Assembly: GCA_010093815.1 (NCBI GenBank)
Contig: ML996585.1
Reading direction: 5' to 3' (one strand)
DNA length: 64,000 nucleotides
Source of the DNA: Pseudovirgaria hyperparasitica
Taxonomy: Eukaryota
A model generated the notes under the pieces. That model searched no databases, was not told the origin of the DNA, and saw nothing but the letters and a program-made list of their open reading frames with translations. Below, one piece after another: positions 1 through 13,449 of the stretch. Positions within the stretch are counted from its first letter, which is position 1, and every line of letters begins with the position of its first letter. The position numbers and the translations under genes are program-made.

Positions 1-2587
1 CGCGACGAATTCGAAGCTAGTAATATATATCTTATAAATCTAGCTTTGTAAAGTACTTTACCTTCGTTAATTAGTCTAAAGATTTACTAACTAGCGGTAA
101 TAGATAACGATTCTTCTTAGTTACCGTATTTAGTACCTAATAGTTAACGCATAGATATAAACTTCCGTCTTTCTTCTTTACGAAGAGAATAGATACGCTA
201 GCCAATAATATACTACGACGTATTTAGCCTCTTCTAAGGTATTCTTTAATATATTTATAAAGAACTTCGAGTTCTAGTCTTAAAAGTAGGTAAAGTAGGC
301 TATAAGGGACGTCTACTCCCTCTTCGAGCTCGATCTTTAGCTTATATAGCCCGTGATTAGGGAGAAGTGATATATCTCCTACTAAAAATATATCTATATA
401 CTACGAATATACGTCGGGTAGCGTGTCTTCGCCCTAATTATTACTATCGTCCTTATCTTTATCGATAATTAATAAGGACGTAAGATAGATTAGCGATAAT
501 CAGGTCCGCACGGCGAGGTTCCATGCCTCCTTACTAATAGTTACGATTTACTAGTATAATTTACTATAGTATTATCGGAACGTTAATATCTCCTTCTAAA
601 AATTAAGAATAGAGTTTAGGCGTCTAAGCTAAGGTATCCCTAGAATTATATTCTATTAGCTAATATTAGCCACGATAAATTTATTAGACATCTACTATTT
701 TATTATCTTCGAGTTATGAACTTCGTAATTTATTATAGCTTTACCTAAAGTTCTAACTTTATATCTATTAACTATGATAGTTCGGCTAACTTTACTAAGA
801 TCGTATGATAATCTATACTCCTTTATAAGAATTAATAAAATATAGTTATCTTCTATACTAGTATCTATAAGGGCCTATATAGTTTTATTACTATTTACTA
901 TAGGTAATAATACTTTTAGTAATATTAGGTCTTTACTCGCCGGAAGGCGCTACGGCTCCTTCTAAGTATATATAATTTAGCTAAGGACGCGGTTAGGTCT
1001 CGTGTACTAGTCTATTCTTTTTTCGGATTCTTATAGTTAGGCGAAATATATTCTATTTCTCTATACTTATAGTAACGAAGTGCGCTATAATCCTACTATT
1101 TTATAATAGGCGTTATATTTAAGCCTATGCCTTATCCTTTTCGGCGTTAAGAAGTACCGCCTTAATTATTTTAATATTCTCTTAACGCATTTCTACCCCG
1201 ATTTATACTCTTCTAGTACTAATTATAGTAAGGTTACTCTTAATCGAACGTATTCGATCGACCTCGTTTCTAACCCGTATAGAGTTCGTCGGTTTTACCT
1301 AGAGAGCCACGTTCCTTAAGGATGCGGTAGTATTTATTAGCTTTCTCCTCTAATTCGTGTAGATAGTTAAAACTTAATAATACTATTTCTAGTCTTTCGT
1401 GGATTAACGGAAGTAGTACTTCGCGAAACTAGAATATATAAATATTTTTCTATAGCGTAGGGATATTATTCTATAGGTTTTAGAGGTATTATAGTAGTTA
1501 AGTAGGTGTCTAGTTCGGTCGTTATACTACGCTTCTTAACTTAGATAGTACCTTTCTTTCACGTTCTCTATCTATTCCGAGGGTATTTAGTATAAATATA
1601 GCTAAATATTTCTAGGTTATCGTAGATAGTAGCTGCACTTCCTTCTATCTATTCTATTAATCGCGGGATTATAAGTCTAGGTATCATTCTCTAAACGAAA
1701 TGCGTTATACTTTAGTAGAAAAGAGTAGAGGGTTATCGAGGAAGTACTTTTCGTAGTCTCTCTTCTAGTCTTTCTACTCCTTTTAGTTCTTCTCTATAAA
1801 TATAGTCGGGTCTTTAGATTTCGGTATACCTAGGGAAGGAGTAGAGTAAATCGGTAACGAAGCGGCCGGGTATATAGTGGATTATTATAACTCTAATGGT
1901 AGGTGAACTAATTCCGCCTAAATTAGTATAGGAAGTCGTCCACCTACTATTATTCGGCGTAGTTCTTTAAGAGACTCCTTAAGTTCTTATCTCTTTATAA
2001 GGAGTTTCGCGCGTTCTACCTATTCTTTAAGGGTTTAAATCTCTCGAGCCTAATTCGCGACGTATTCCTAAAGTTCGGTAATGGTTTATTATAATATCTC
2101 GCGTGGCTCCGCCACGACTCGTTGTCTAGCTTTATATTATTAGAAGTTACTCGGTATATCTACCATTTCTTCGTCTAAAAGCTCCGTAATTCGGTCTAAT
2201 ATTTCTACTTCTTAGTTAGAAACGGCCGGGATTAATACTAATTATAGAGGATCCCTATTATTTAATATAGTATTACTTATCTCTATAGTAGATCGTGTCG
2301 ACCTTCTCGGTTCTAGTTAGACTATCTTAACTATAGTACTATATAGGGAGTAATTCGAATATAAGAATAGGGTTATTAAATAGTAGTATAGTTAGATAGA
2401 ATAATAGGGTATATTCTATTATAGAACGAATTACTACCGAACCCTTTTAGTAGGAATCCGAGAGTATATATATAAAGGGACGCTAATCTATCTAGCACGT
2501 GACTATTTACCGCCTTTCACGTCACCTCCTAACCCTGTTAGCTAAGGTATATATAGGTCCGGTCCTACCTAAGGCTAAGTCCTAATA
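1..2587 (-). mobile_element. Gypsy chromovirus family A, copy A1 (5' LTR, gag, protease, start of RT; runs off the left edge)
   Basis: Reverse complement of 40747-~43330. Inserted into LINE L1; the flanking 5-mer is GTTAG (2588-2592). Confidence 0.93.
2360..2587 (-). repeat. 5' LTR of A1 (228 bp)
   Basis: Matches LTRs 40747-40974 and 48347-48574 in reverse orientation. Confidence 0.93.
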
Positions 2588-5033
2588 GTTAGTATCTTTC
2601 TATAGCTATCTCCCCTATTATTTATTAGATATAGATATATCTATTATAGTCTCTATGTATTCGTAATTAGAGTCCGTTTACGTCTTACTAGGGTAGTAGT
2701 ATTATACTCTATAGCTTATATATTCTATAGTAAAGGTAAGGTTAAGTATAGATCCCTCCTCGTCTTCCTTATATTTTCTCTATATAATTTATCTAACCGG
2801 CGTAAGGAGGTATAGAAGGTTATAGCACCTCGTATATAGCTCCCTTACCCTAAGCTCTTCTCTAATAACTATTAGGCCTTTCTACTATCTATAGTAGAGG
2901 TTAAAGTTATCTAAAAGGATATATTATTCTAGTTCTATAATACTCTCTAGTATAGTATCTAGCGTAAGTAATTCTCTTTAGTTATAGATATTATAGATAT
3001 AGAGGGGCCCTATATCTATCTAGAGGTATAGTATTATCTAGAGGTTATCTTATTCTATATAGAACTATTCTAAGAGCGGGATAGATTTATATATATAGAA
3101 GAGGATTCTCCTATCTAGGCCTAGGGGGTAGATAGTATAGTATCCTAGGTATGTCGTTAGTTTATTAGTTTAGTAGTATTTATAAGGTTCCTAAATAGCT
3201 ATTATCGTAGCATCTATCTCTTCTAGAAGCGTGGCCTAGTTTTTTTATTTATATTATATATTCGCCTATATAATAATAAGTATATTAACTCCTTATTAGG
3301 TGCTAGGGAATGCTTAAGTCTATATACTAGTGGTATTAAGACGCGACTATTCGTACACGGTAGCTACCTTAAGGATACCCTAGGGTTATTCTATCTTCCT
3401 CTATATAGTATACTATTATATATTAGTCTCTCCTTCTTATAGATTACTTAGTATAGTTATAGGTAAGGTTAGAGTAGATAGTAGGGGCCTTATAGCTTAG
3501 TATATCTATCTCGCTTCTCTCGCCTTTATAGTGTTAATATACTTAGTAACTTATCTATATTTTATATACGTCGCTAACTATAACGGGTAGTTTCTATTAT
3601 AATTAGAGTACTTAGTAGTATCTTTATTATATATATAGTTCTTCTATCCTTTATATAGTTATTTCTAGGTATAGTAGTTCTATTAGTACTATCTATAGGT
3701 AGCTTTCTAAGAGTACCTCTACCTAGTATATCTATATCCCTAATAGTTAAAGTATTAGATTATTATCTATACTCTATTCTATAGTTCCGCTATAAGTAAC
3801 TCCCCCTTAGCTAAGAAGCCTTCTTATATAATCTAATAGATAAGGGCGGGGTCTTAGAGCTCTACTATTATAGTAGAATATTTTTTTAATTTTACTTTAA
3901 TCCCTTATACGTTCTTCTACTACGTCTTTATAATCTTAATCCTAGGGTATTTCCGGTTATTAGATTATTCTATTCGCTTAATATTATTAGTACTAATAAT
4001 ATATCCCTAGACGGAAACTATATATATCTTCATTAGATATATATTAGCGTAGATAGATATACTAGAGAAGATATTATTAATCGTATTTAGGTCGCGGGAG
4101 ATAGTCTACTAGACTATATTAGTAGTAGTAGTTAGTACTATATCTTCTAGGGTAAGTTTAGCTATAACTATATTTAACTATATTTCTTTTTATTTATTAA
4201 TCTTATTAATAATATTTTTTAGAGATACCTTCTAGACCTATATAAGGACTTTCTTATTCTAGATAGCGATCCGTACGCTATATACTTCTTCTATAGATAT
4301 CTTTAGTATTTAGGTTATCCTAGTTATACTATCTAACGGTACTACGACTTATATCTAAGTAGTTAGGCGTCTCTCCCGGGTAAGGCCTTCTTAGATTCTT
4401 AGTAGACTAGCCTTAATTCGGTCTAGCCTAGACTCCAGACTTATTTCCGGTATCTATTTCGCTTCTATAGTAAGTCTCTTAATATTCTAGACTAGGCTCT
4501 AGAAGATATTAAGGAGGGTAGTCTCTCCTTTCTTAACCTCCCTCTCTATATATACTATCTAGTATTTAATCTTATCTATAAGGGTATCCGCGAGCGGAGT
4601 TCTTTCTATCTTAGTTATCTATAGCGCTTTACGCCTCTAGTTATTTTTCGTTTTTTAGACGGTAGTTTAGTTATTCTAGGATATACTACTATATAGCCGT
4701 TTCTATTATACTAGTAGTAGGGGTATACCCGGTAGAAGTTAGGGTATGTTAGTGCCGGAGGCCGCTATAATTATTAGTTAAGGGCTACCCTTAACTAATA
4801 AAGGGGGTTAGTATATCGGCGTTTATTAGCGGTAGTCTATACTTATTACTCTAAAGAGTTTTTAAGTATATATATATAGTATCTCTATACGTTAGTACTA
4901 TCGTGTATTATATACTATATATACGTACGTGTATCGGAAGTTATTATACTTAGTATACTCTATTAATTAGTATCTATAGATCGCTATATCGCCCCGAATT
5001 AACTAGTTCTAGTCCCTTCGAGATAATAGTTCT
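2588..5033 (-). mobile_element. Tad-like LINE L1, 5' portion (5' UTR, ORF1 with CCHC knuckles, endonuclease part of ORF2), interrupted by A1
   Basis: Reverse-complement homology to 56836-~59290. Carries the same 5' UTR palindrome (4771-4801). The exact 5' end is uncertain (5033-5054). Confidence 0.88.
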
Positions 5034-5054
5034 AATATAAGTATATATAGTCTC

Positions 5055-5819
5055 TAGTTATAAAGTATACTATTTTCTATCTATGTATCTAGTTGGTTAT
5101 ATTTATATATCTAACCGGTTCGCTACTATCTATAGTAATTATATATAATATATACTACTACTATAGCTATAATAAGATACCCGAATTTAAGAAAACCTAC
5201 TATTATTCTTAGTAACTTTATATATAACGCTTAGCTAGGCGCGGGTTTATATCTTTATAGATACTATAGTATAGTTAATCTACTACTAAACTAATATTAG
5301 AGAGTTTCTTAGCGGGCGTAATATACTTTATAGTCCCCTTAGAGTAACCTTATTACTTAGCTAGTAGCTTAGTAACCTTAATATCTTAATTATTATTCTA
5401 GTTAACTTATAGTATCTTACTAGTAGATAGTATATAAGTTAGTTTATATAAAGTTATTATAGTCTTACCTTACGCGCTATTAGAGTTATTATCTAGAAAA
5501 ACTAGCTTTATAATCTTTTAGTATATCTTATAATATAATAGTCTATTTAGTAGTAGTTTAGTAAAGTAAGATTTATACTACTTATAACTATAAGTAGCTA
5601 TAGTAGTATTCTTAAGTCTAAAGCTATAATAGTAGTAGATATTCTAGTGGTATTTAACTATTTACTTTAGTATTAACTTCTTAGTATAGAGCTTATATTT
5701 AGTATTATAGATCTAATTTAGATATTTTTATATATACTTACTAATTTCATTATTAAATAATCTCATAGTATACTTACTATATTTATAAATCAACTTTATA
5801 GACTTAAGAAGGTTAACTA
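5055..5819 (-). repeat. 3' LTR of D1 (765 bp)
   Basis: Direct repeat of 12414-13178, abutted by TCTCCTCT (PPT on the minus strand). Confidence 0.85.
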
Positions 5820-8229
5820 TCTCCTCTAGAGGCCCTAGTTACTTAATTAGCTTATCTATCTAGTATAAGTACTATTCTAGTTCTCTATAGTTAGCTAGAG
5901 AATAAGCTAATTTACTTAGACTAGATAGAAGACCTAGATAGTTAACTAAATTAGACTACTTAGACTTTTATTAAAATAACTAAGATAATATTTTTAAGGC
6001 GGTTAAGGTTATCTTAAGAACTAGGTAGGGCTATACTATAGTAAAATTACTATTAATTTCTTTCTTATCTAATAAGATAATAAGTTATTTCTTTATAAGC
6101 TTAGATTAGATAATAGAAGGCTCCTTCTTAATAGATGGTTTTTTAAAAACTAGACTTTCTATAACTACTCTATTAAGACTCTATATCTTTTTAGTAGTAC
6201 TTAATTTCTACTAAAAATCCTAGAATAATATAATATATATATCTAGGTTACTCTTAACTTTAAAGGAGTCTTTAGTTATTAAAAGGGTATACTTAAATAT
6301 AGATTACTTATATCTATTTTTAACTAGATTAATATCTTTATTACTAATAAGTTTATAGAGAGTTTTAGCTTACTTAAGAAGTATTATATATAAGTTATTT
6401 CTAGTAGCTATTAGTACTAATATTAAAAATTATACCTAGATAGCTACTATAGTTCTCTAATTAACTATATTTATCTTAATTAATAAGATAGTATTATATA
6501 GCTATTAGTAGATATTAGTAAGATAGATATTAGTCTAGATTAATTAGTTAATAATTCTTTTAACTATATTAAGGTTATATATATAGATATCTAATATAGT
6601 CGCTTTCTTATTATCTAGCTAATCTTTCTATAGAATTATAATTAGATTAAATCTTTATATACTAGTTTTAAAATTAATTATATAACTTAATTTAGGCGTG
6701 AAAAGTAATAGATTACTAATATTTAGTACTAAGCTATCTAAGTTCGTTCGCTATCTACTTAACTAACTATATAGTAAGCTAAAGTCTAAATTATTAATAG
6801 TAGTTAGTAATATAAGTAATATAGTATATATATAATCTAATCGTTAAGATTATACTATAATTAGATTATCTACTAGACTCTTTATAGTTAGTTATATAGT
6901 ACTTATAATCTTTAATAGTTACTTAGCTAAGATACCGCTATTATTATCTTTATATCTATATACTAGATTAATATCTAAGAGTACTATCTAAGTATAATAG
7001 TTAGTTTTATTTACTATAAGTAGCTTATCTTTAATTACCTAGGGCTTAGAATAAGTCTTCTCTAGTATCTACTAATAATATAGTAGTAATATTACTACTC
7101 TACTAAGTATAAATTAATTAAAGATAATTATAACCTTATTATTTAAAATACTAGGGGCTCTATATAGAAGATATCTATTCTAAAACTATTCTTCTTTTAA
7201 GAATACGGCCGGCTAGTAGATACTAACCTTACCCTTTCTTATAATCTATTACTCTATTATTATAATAATTAGTAATTTTACTTAGTTAGATAGTTAGATA
7301 TTTATAGATAGCTAAGTTATATAGTTCTCTATAATATTAATAGAATAATCTATATAAAATAGCTATAAATTATATTTTAATAGGTACTATTATTTAGTTA
7401 TAGAGAAATTATCTACTACTAGTCTATTACTAGAGATCTATATAGATAGAGCTAATAATAAAGAGTATTCTTTTACTATATATTCTAGAAGAATTAGTAG
7501 AAAAGCTTTTAATAAGCTAGGAAAATTCTTAGAATCTATCTAGTCCGCTATTATATTATATAGATCTATATAGAATAGTTAGTTAGCTAGTTTAATATTT
7601 ACTTATATCTAAATCTTTTCTATAGACTAATAGTAGTACTTTTTATCTACCTTTAGACGTAGGTATAGAAGGATATTAGTTAGTTTAGATTAAGTATAAC
7701 TATTATAAATCTCCTAAATTAATATACTAGGTCTTATAAGAATAAAACTAGTTATATATAGTAATTAGTTAATATTATAGAATATTTATAGATTAGTAAC
7801 TATAAATAGTAGACTATATAGTTAGCTTAACTATAGTACTTATTTTTAGTTAATAGATCTAGATCTAGTACTAACCTTTAAGTAAATAATATAAGAAAGT
7901 ACTTAATTGTTATATATTGATAAAATACTTTAGTAAATATATATATTATAACGTTACTTATTATAATAGATATTAATAGCTCTCTACCTATAACGGCTAG
8001 AGGCGGATAGATATTATAACTTTAAGTAGTTATTAACCTAGCTAGGCTCCTAGTAGACTATTTCTATAAGCTTATCTAAGGTTATATTTCTTAACTAAGT
8101 CTAATAGAAGTATACTTTACTAGATCTACTAATTAAATTCTAGACTATCGCTATATACTATTATCTAGTATTTAATAGTTAGTTTATAATTATATCTAAT
8201 TTAAATATAGCGCTAATTATAGATAGCTA

Positions 8230-9784
8230 TCGCTATCTACTTATTTATAATAGTAAGTAGATATATATCTTCTCTATAGTTAAAGTAGTTAAGTTTCTTT
8301 AGAAATAGTTCTAACTATTTAATAGATATTACTAGATATATTTTCTATATCTCTAGTAGCTCTAGTTCGTACGCCTAATAGTCTACTATATATTTAATTA
8401 GTACTAGTCCAACTTACTATTAGCTAAGCTTATAATAAGCGTCTAGAATCTTATACTCTTTATATAGTTAAATATAGATCTAGTTACTAGAAGCGAGGTC
8501 TAGTAGAGATATATAGCGCCTATTAAAACGCTCCTTTATATATATCTAGGTAAATACTAGCGTGTCTAATATCTCTTTTTAGTTTATATTATACTTTTAG
8601 AGGTAATTATTTACTTCTATTAAACTAGTTTCCTTAAATAGAGTACCTTTAGATAGTTAGAAGCCGTATACTATCTTATTTCGAGATTTTTATATTAAGG
8701 TGTTTATTAAATTATTTATAAGCTACTAGACTAATAGAATATAGATTATCGACCCTATAGCTAGTAATATTAAAATAAGAAAATATAGGGTAATCTCTAC
8801 CGTCTAGTTCGTATATTTACTTTAACTATTACTCTATTTATAATAAGTAGTTAATACTAGAATTTTAGTACTAGTACCCTCGAAAATTCCTTTCTAAAAT
8901 AATAATAGGAATTTTCGGTCCCTATTATAAATAATTATAGCTAGAACTCTCTATTCTAGTAGTATACTTCTTCTAAATATAGTTATCTATTATATAGTAG
9001 TCTAGTTATTCTAGTCTAGAATAAGATAGATTTACTTAGTAAACTTATTTATTATAGTAAGTAGTATATTAAGTCTATTCTATATTAGTAGTCTAATAAT
9101 AAAGTCTATTATAACTATATAAAATAGTATTAGTAGTAATTAGACTGGCTTTAATTCGCTATATAGTATATATCTTTATATTTAGTAAGTTTTATAGGTA
9201 GAATAGTACTAAATATAGTACTTTAGACGCTTTATAAGCTAATAAATAAAGTAGTATATACGAATTTAATTATATACTTAGAAAAAACCTATATAAGTAC
9301 TTTTATTATAGAAGTAAGTAAAAATATCTCTATTAAGTAATTTTAGTATATAGATCTAATATTATCTATTAAGTTAATTAATATAATAAATTATACTATT
9401 AGTAAATTAAAAAGGAATTAGTTAGGTAATATTATTATTCTAGTCTAGTACTATAGCTTTTATACTTATCTAGTACTTATTATTATTATATATATTAGCT
9501 AGTTACCTTATAAATTTTAGATTAATTTTAACTATTATAATATTAAATATTAAGAGCTTCTTAAGAATATCTAAGTCTCTTAGCTAGACTCTATTATAGA
9601 TCTAATAGAGCTAAGAAAGAGTATTAGATACTATATACTCTTTATCTAGTCTATATTTAAGCTCTAGGTTAAACTATAATAGATACTATAAGGTCTATAC
9701 TAGTTAGAGATTTAGCTTATTAACTAATAAGCTTATAAGTACTATCTACTAAATAATACTTAGAGTAGCTATATAGTTAGTAAT
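8230..9784 (-). pseudogene. D1 pol remnant: integrase core and GPF/Y motif
   Basis: The de-RIPped minus frame reads approximately PFHTVTMDFIIGLP, DKFTKRI, WGVP..II.DRDRKFL..FWKGIF, STAYH..SDGQSERTNQTVE, GP..I....AYELELP..WKIHPVISI. Confidence 0.85.
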
Positions 9785-9985
9785 TGTAATAGATATAACT
9801 AAGGTGTTACTATAATAGTAATTAAGATATATTATAATTTAACTTAGAGAGAGTAGGGATAAGCCGTATGGTTATAGCTTAAGTATAGTCCTAAGTAAGG
9901 TTACGTGATACCCCTATACTAGTCTCTATCTATCCTAGCTTCGTTATATAATGCTAGAGACAAGGTAAAGCCGAAGTCCATAATA
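9785..9985 (-). repeat. Solo LTR of family E, without TSD
   Basis: Reverse complement of 16519-16720. Flanks GTAAT and GATAT do not match. Confidence 0.92.
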
Positions 9986-12413
9986 GATATTATAATATAT
10001 AATATCCGATCTTAGAACTATATAATTATATAGACGAACTTTAGCCTTTACTATTATCTTAAGATACTTTCTATTCTTAACGTACTTAAATAGCTTATTT
10101 TATAATAGAAATACCTTATTATAAACATTATATTAGATCTAGTATACTAGATATATATTAGTTACTTAGTATACTATAAATTATAAAGGTAGACTCTTAT
10201 TAATATTACTAGATAGTAGGTTAAGACTAGTGAGGCCGGTTTCGTTACTAAACTATACTAGTTTAATAGTATCTATATTAGTTAGTCTAAGGTAGAAGAA
10301 AGCTTCTTTAATCTCTATATAGTAAGCGTCTTTAATATCTAGATTATATAATTCTTTCTAAATATTATATACTTAGTAGAATAGTTATAGAGGTTAGATA
10401 AACCGTCTATTATTACTAAGAGACTAAGACTAGCTAGTATAGGGCTTATTAGTTATTCTAGGACTAGTAGAATAATCTATAGAAGTACTAGTTATAGCTA
10501 GTAGCTAATATATATTAGCTAATACCTTTTAACTATCTTTATCTAAATCTTCTAATTCTTATTAGAACTACTATAGAGGGTAGAACTAGTACGAGTTATA
10601 ACATTAATTAGATTAATTAGTTATAAGATAATAGCTATTAGACTAGCCCTAGTCTTAAGAGTTATTAACTAAATAAGGTAAGTTATAGTAATAAGAGCTA
10701 TTATATTAACTCTCTTCTCTTTCTTATTAAGTAAATTAACTTAAAGTACTATATTATATACTACTAAGATAATAGTAGATAAGTTAGTACTATTCTTTAT
10801 GTTTTAGTTATAGGGTTTATATAAATTAGACTAGAGATATAGATTCTATTAGTAGAGATAGACCCTAGTAAAGAAGAATATTAATACTATTCTATATAAA
10901 TATCTAAGTGTTTTAGCTAGAAGGGTCTAATAGTTATATAGTACTATAGTTATAAGCTATAGTATATATATATAAAGCGATATTAGCCTAGAAGCGGGCC
11001 TATTAGAGACTATATCTTTATATTATAAGAGATAATAGAGTATTAGATAACGGCTACTTAAACTACTTAATTAAGGCCGTAGTCTAGGTATCTAAACTAG
11101 GTAAGTAATAGAGCGCTTTCTTCTTAAGATCGGATAATTCTAATATAAACTACTTAAGGGTATATTCTTATAAGTACTAGGAGATTTTTAACTTAATAGT
11201 TTCGGTTTCTCTAGCTATAGTAGTATCTTTAATCTAGTTAAGGAAGATATATATACTATATATATATATATATTCTAACTAGTAAAAATAATATCTCTAT
11301 CTCTAAAGCTATAATCTAAATCGGGCTAGAAGAATCTAATTTCTTATATTCTAAACCCTCGACCGTTCTTATTATTATTAAACGGTAGGTTTTTACTACT
11401 ATCTATTAGGTTTTAGTTATTATTCTATAAAATACCCGCCCGCTAAGTAAGAGTCTACTAGATTATAGCTATAATTATAGCTTACTACCTTACTATAAAG
11501 TCTCTATTATTAGTTATTAGGGCCCTAGCTAGCGTACTACTATTACTAGCGTCTATGTCTATCTAATATAGTATAGTATATTCTATTAAAGTACTAGTAC
11601 GTTTAGGGTAGTTAGATATAGTAGCTTCTATACTAGAGCTTACTATATAATTAACTAAGTCTAATAAGCTTAAGAACGCTCTAGAGAGTCTAGTAGTTAA
11701 TAGATACTAAGCTCGAATTAATAGATTATTTAGAAATATATTATATACCTCTTATAATACTAGATAATTTATTAACTACTATAGTAGAAAAGGCTTAGTA
11801 GCTAGCCTTCTACTTTATAAAGAACGTTCTAGAGTAGAGAGTAGTAGATAGTTAGTAATAAGATAATTAAGTACTATCTTAAGTAGTAGTAGATTTCTAA
11901 ATACTTATTAATTAACTTATCTATAACTAAATAGTTAATACCCTAGGAGAACTAAGTTCTCTAGTAGTAATATAAGCTATTATTATAAGCGGCTAGTAAG
12001 AGTATAAAAAATATAAAATTACTAGTATCTAGCGTATAATAGAAAACCTTTTAAGCTAAATAGTAAAATATAGAAATAATAGAGTTATAGATATCTAGTT
12101 TAATCTATATATAGTCTTATAACTAGTAAATAGAGTATTCTTAAGCTCTAGAGAGTTAAGTTTATAATAATATAATAAGTATATTCTACTTATACTATAT
12201 ACTAGAAGGAGAATATTTTACTAGCCTATTATAAAGTAGTTAGTATAGATAGTATACTAGAGAGAAGGTTACTTAAACTAGTAATTATTCTAGTATTACT
12301 ATATTAACTAAGATAGTCTAGTAAAGAGGACTTAGTATTCGAAGTATATAAACTAGTAGATACTAAGTTTTTAGCTACTACTTTATTAAGATTATTAATA
12401 AGTTAAGTTAAAT
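9986..12413 (-). pseudogene. D1 5' leader and gag-region remnant
   Basis: Homologous to 36438-38799, whose minus frame continues in-frame into the protease motif. Confidence 0.65.
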
Positions 12414-13178
12414 TAGTTATAAAGTATACTATTTTCTATCTATATATCCGGTCGGTTATATTTATATATCTAACTAGGTTACTACTATCTATAGTAATTA
12501 TATATAATATATACTACTACTATACCTATAATAAGATACCCGAATTTAAGAAAATCTACTACTATCCTTAGTAGCTTTATATATGATACTTAGCTAGATA
12601 TAGATTTATATCTTTATAGATACTACGGCGTGGTCGACCTACTACTAAACTAATATTAGAGAGTTTCTTAGTAGATATAATATGCTTTATAGTCCCCTTA
12701 GAGTAACCTTATTACTTAGCTAGTAGCTTAGTAACCTTAATATCTTAATTATTATTCTAGTTAACTTATAGTATCTTACTAGTAGATAGTATACTAGTTA
12801 GTTTATGTAAAGTTATTATAGTCTTACCTTATATACTATTAGAGTTATTATCTAGAAAAACTAGCTTTATAACCTTTTAGTATATCTTATAATATAATAG
12901 TCTATTCGGTAGTAGTTTAGTAAGATGAGGTTTATACTACTTATAACTATAAGTAGCTATAGTAGCGTCCTTAAGTCTAAAGCTATAATAGTAGTAGATA
13001 TTCTAGTAGTATTTAACTATTTACTTTAGTATTAACTTCTTAGTATAGAGCTTATATTTAGTATTATAGGCCCGATTTAGATACTTCTATATATACTTAC
13101 TAATTTTATTATTAAACGACCTTATAGTATACTTACTATACTTATAAATTAACTTTATAGACTTAAGGAGGTTAACTA
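12414..13178 (-). repeat. Shared middle LTR of the D tandem dimer (765 bp)
   Basis: Repeat of 5055-5819. Followed by the same PPT/internal sequence (13179-13209) as 5820-5850. Confidence 0.85.
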
Positions 13179-13209
13179 CCTCCTCTAGAGGCCCTAGTTA
13201 CTTAATTAG

Positions 13210-13449
13210 TATTAGGGCTAATACTAGGGTAGACTTAACTAGACTACTATAGTCTAGTATAGTCCGTGATAGGTAGACCTAGGTTAAGTTAGCTAGATTA
13301 AGCGAGACCACTATATAAGTAGACTATATATACTTAATTTCTACTCTTTAGGAATTAACCTTATTATAAGAGTAGACTACCCTTTTAAATATATTTCTAA
13401 ATTCTTCTATAACCTATTAGACTACTATTCTATATCTATAATTCTTATA
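13210..13449 (+). repeat. 5' LTR of C1 (240 bp)
   Basis: Matches the reverse complement of 24918-25157 and 32689-32928. Confidence 0.93.

Larger units (their letters stand above)
5055..13178 (-). mobile_element. Gypsy family D, copy D1 (765-bp LTRs; protease/RT region deleted)
   Basis: Direct repeats 5055-5819 and 12414-13178 with TAGTTA...TAACTA termini. Polypurine tract on the minus strand next to 5819. Integrase on the minus strand. Confidence 0.85.

Noticed and set aside
8881..8917. 11-bp hairpin CGAAAATTCCT...AGGAATTTTCG as a Helitron end or terminator
   Set aside because: It lies inside the D1 integrase frame (DRDRKFL..FWKGIFEG), so it is probably coincidental.
10320..10352. LDIKDAY on the minus strand as an RT motif
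   Set aside because: It lies upstream of the protease in the D gag region, and no other RT motifs follow.
5055..13209. ~7.4-kb periodicity as degenerate rDNA or a Helitron array
   Set aside because: Gypsy integrase and protease motifs, LTR termini and a PPT identify it as an LTR element. No rRNA similarity was seen.
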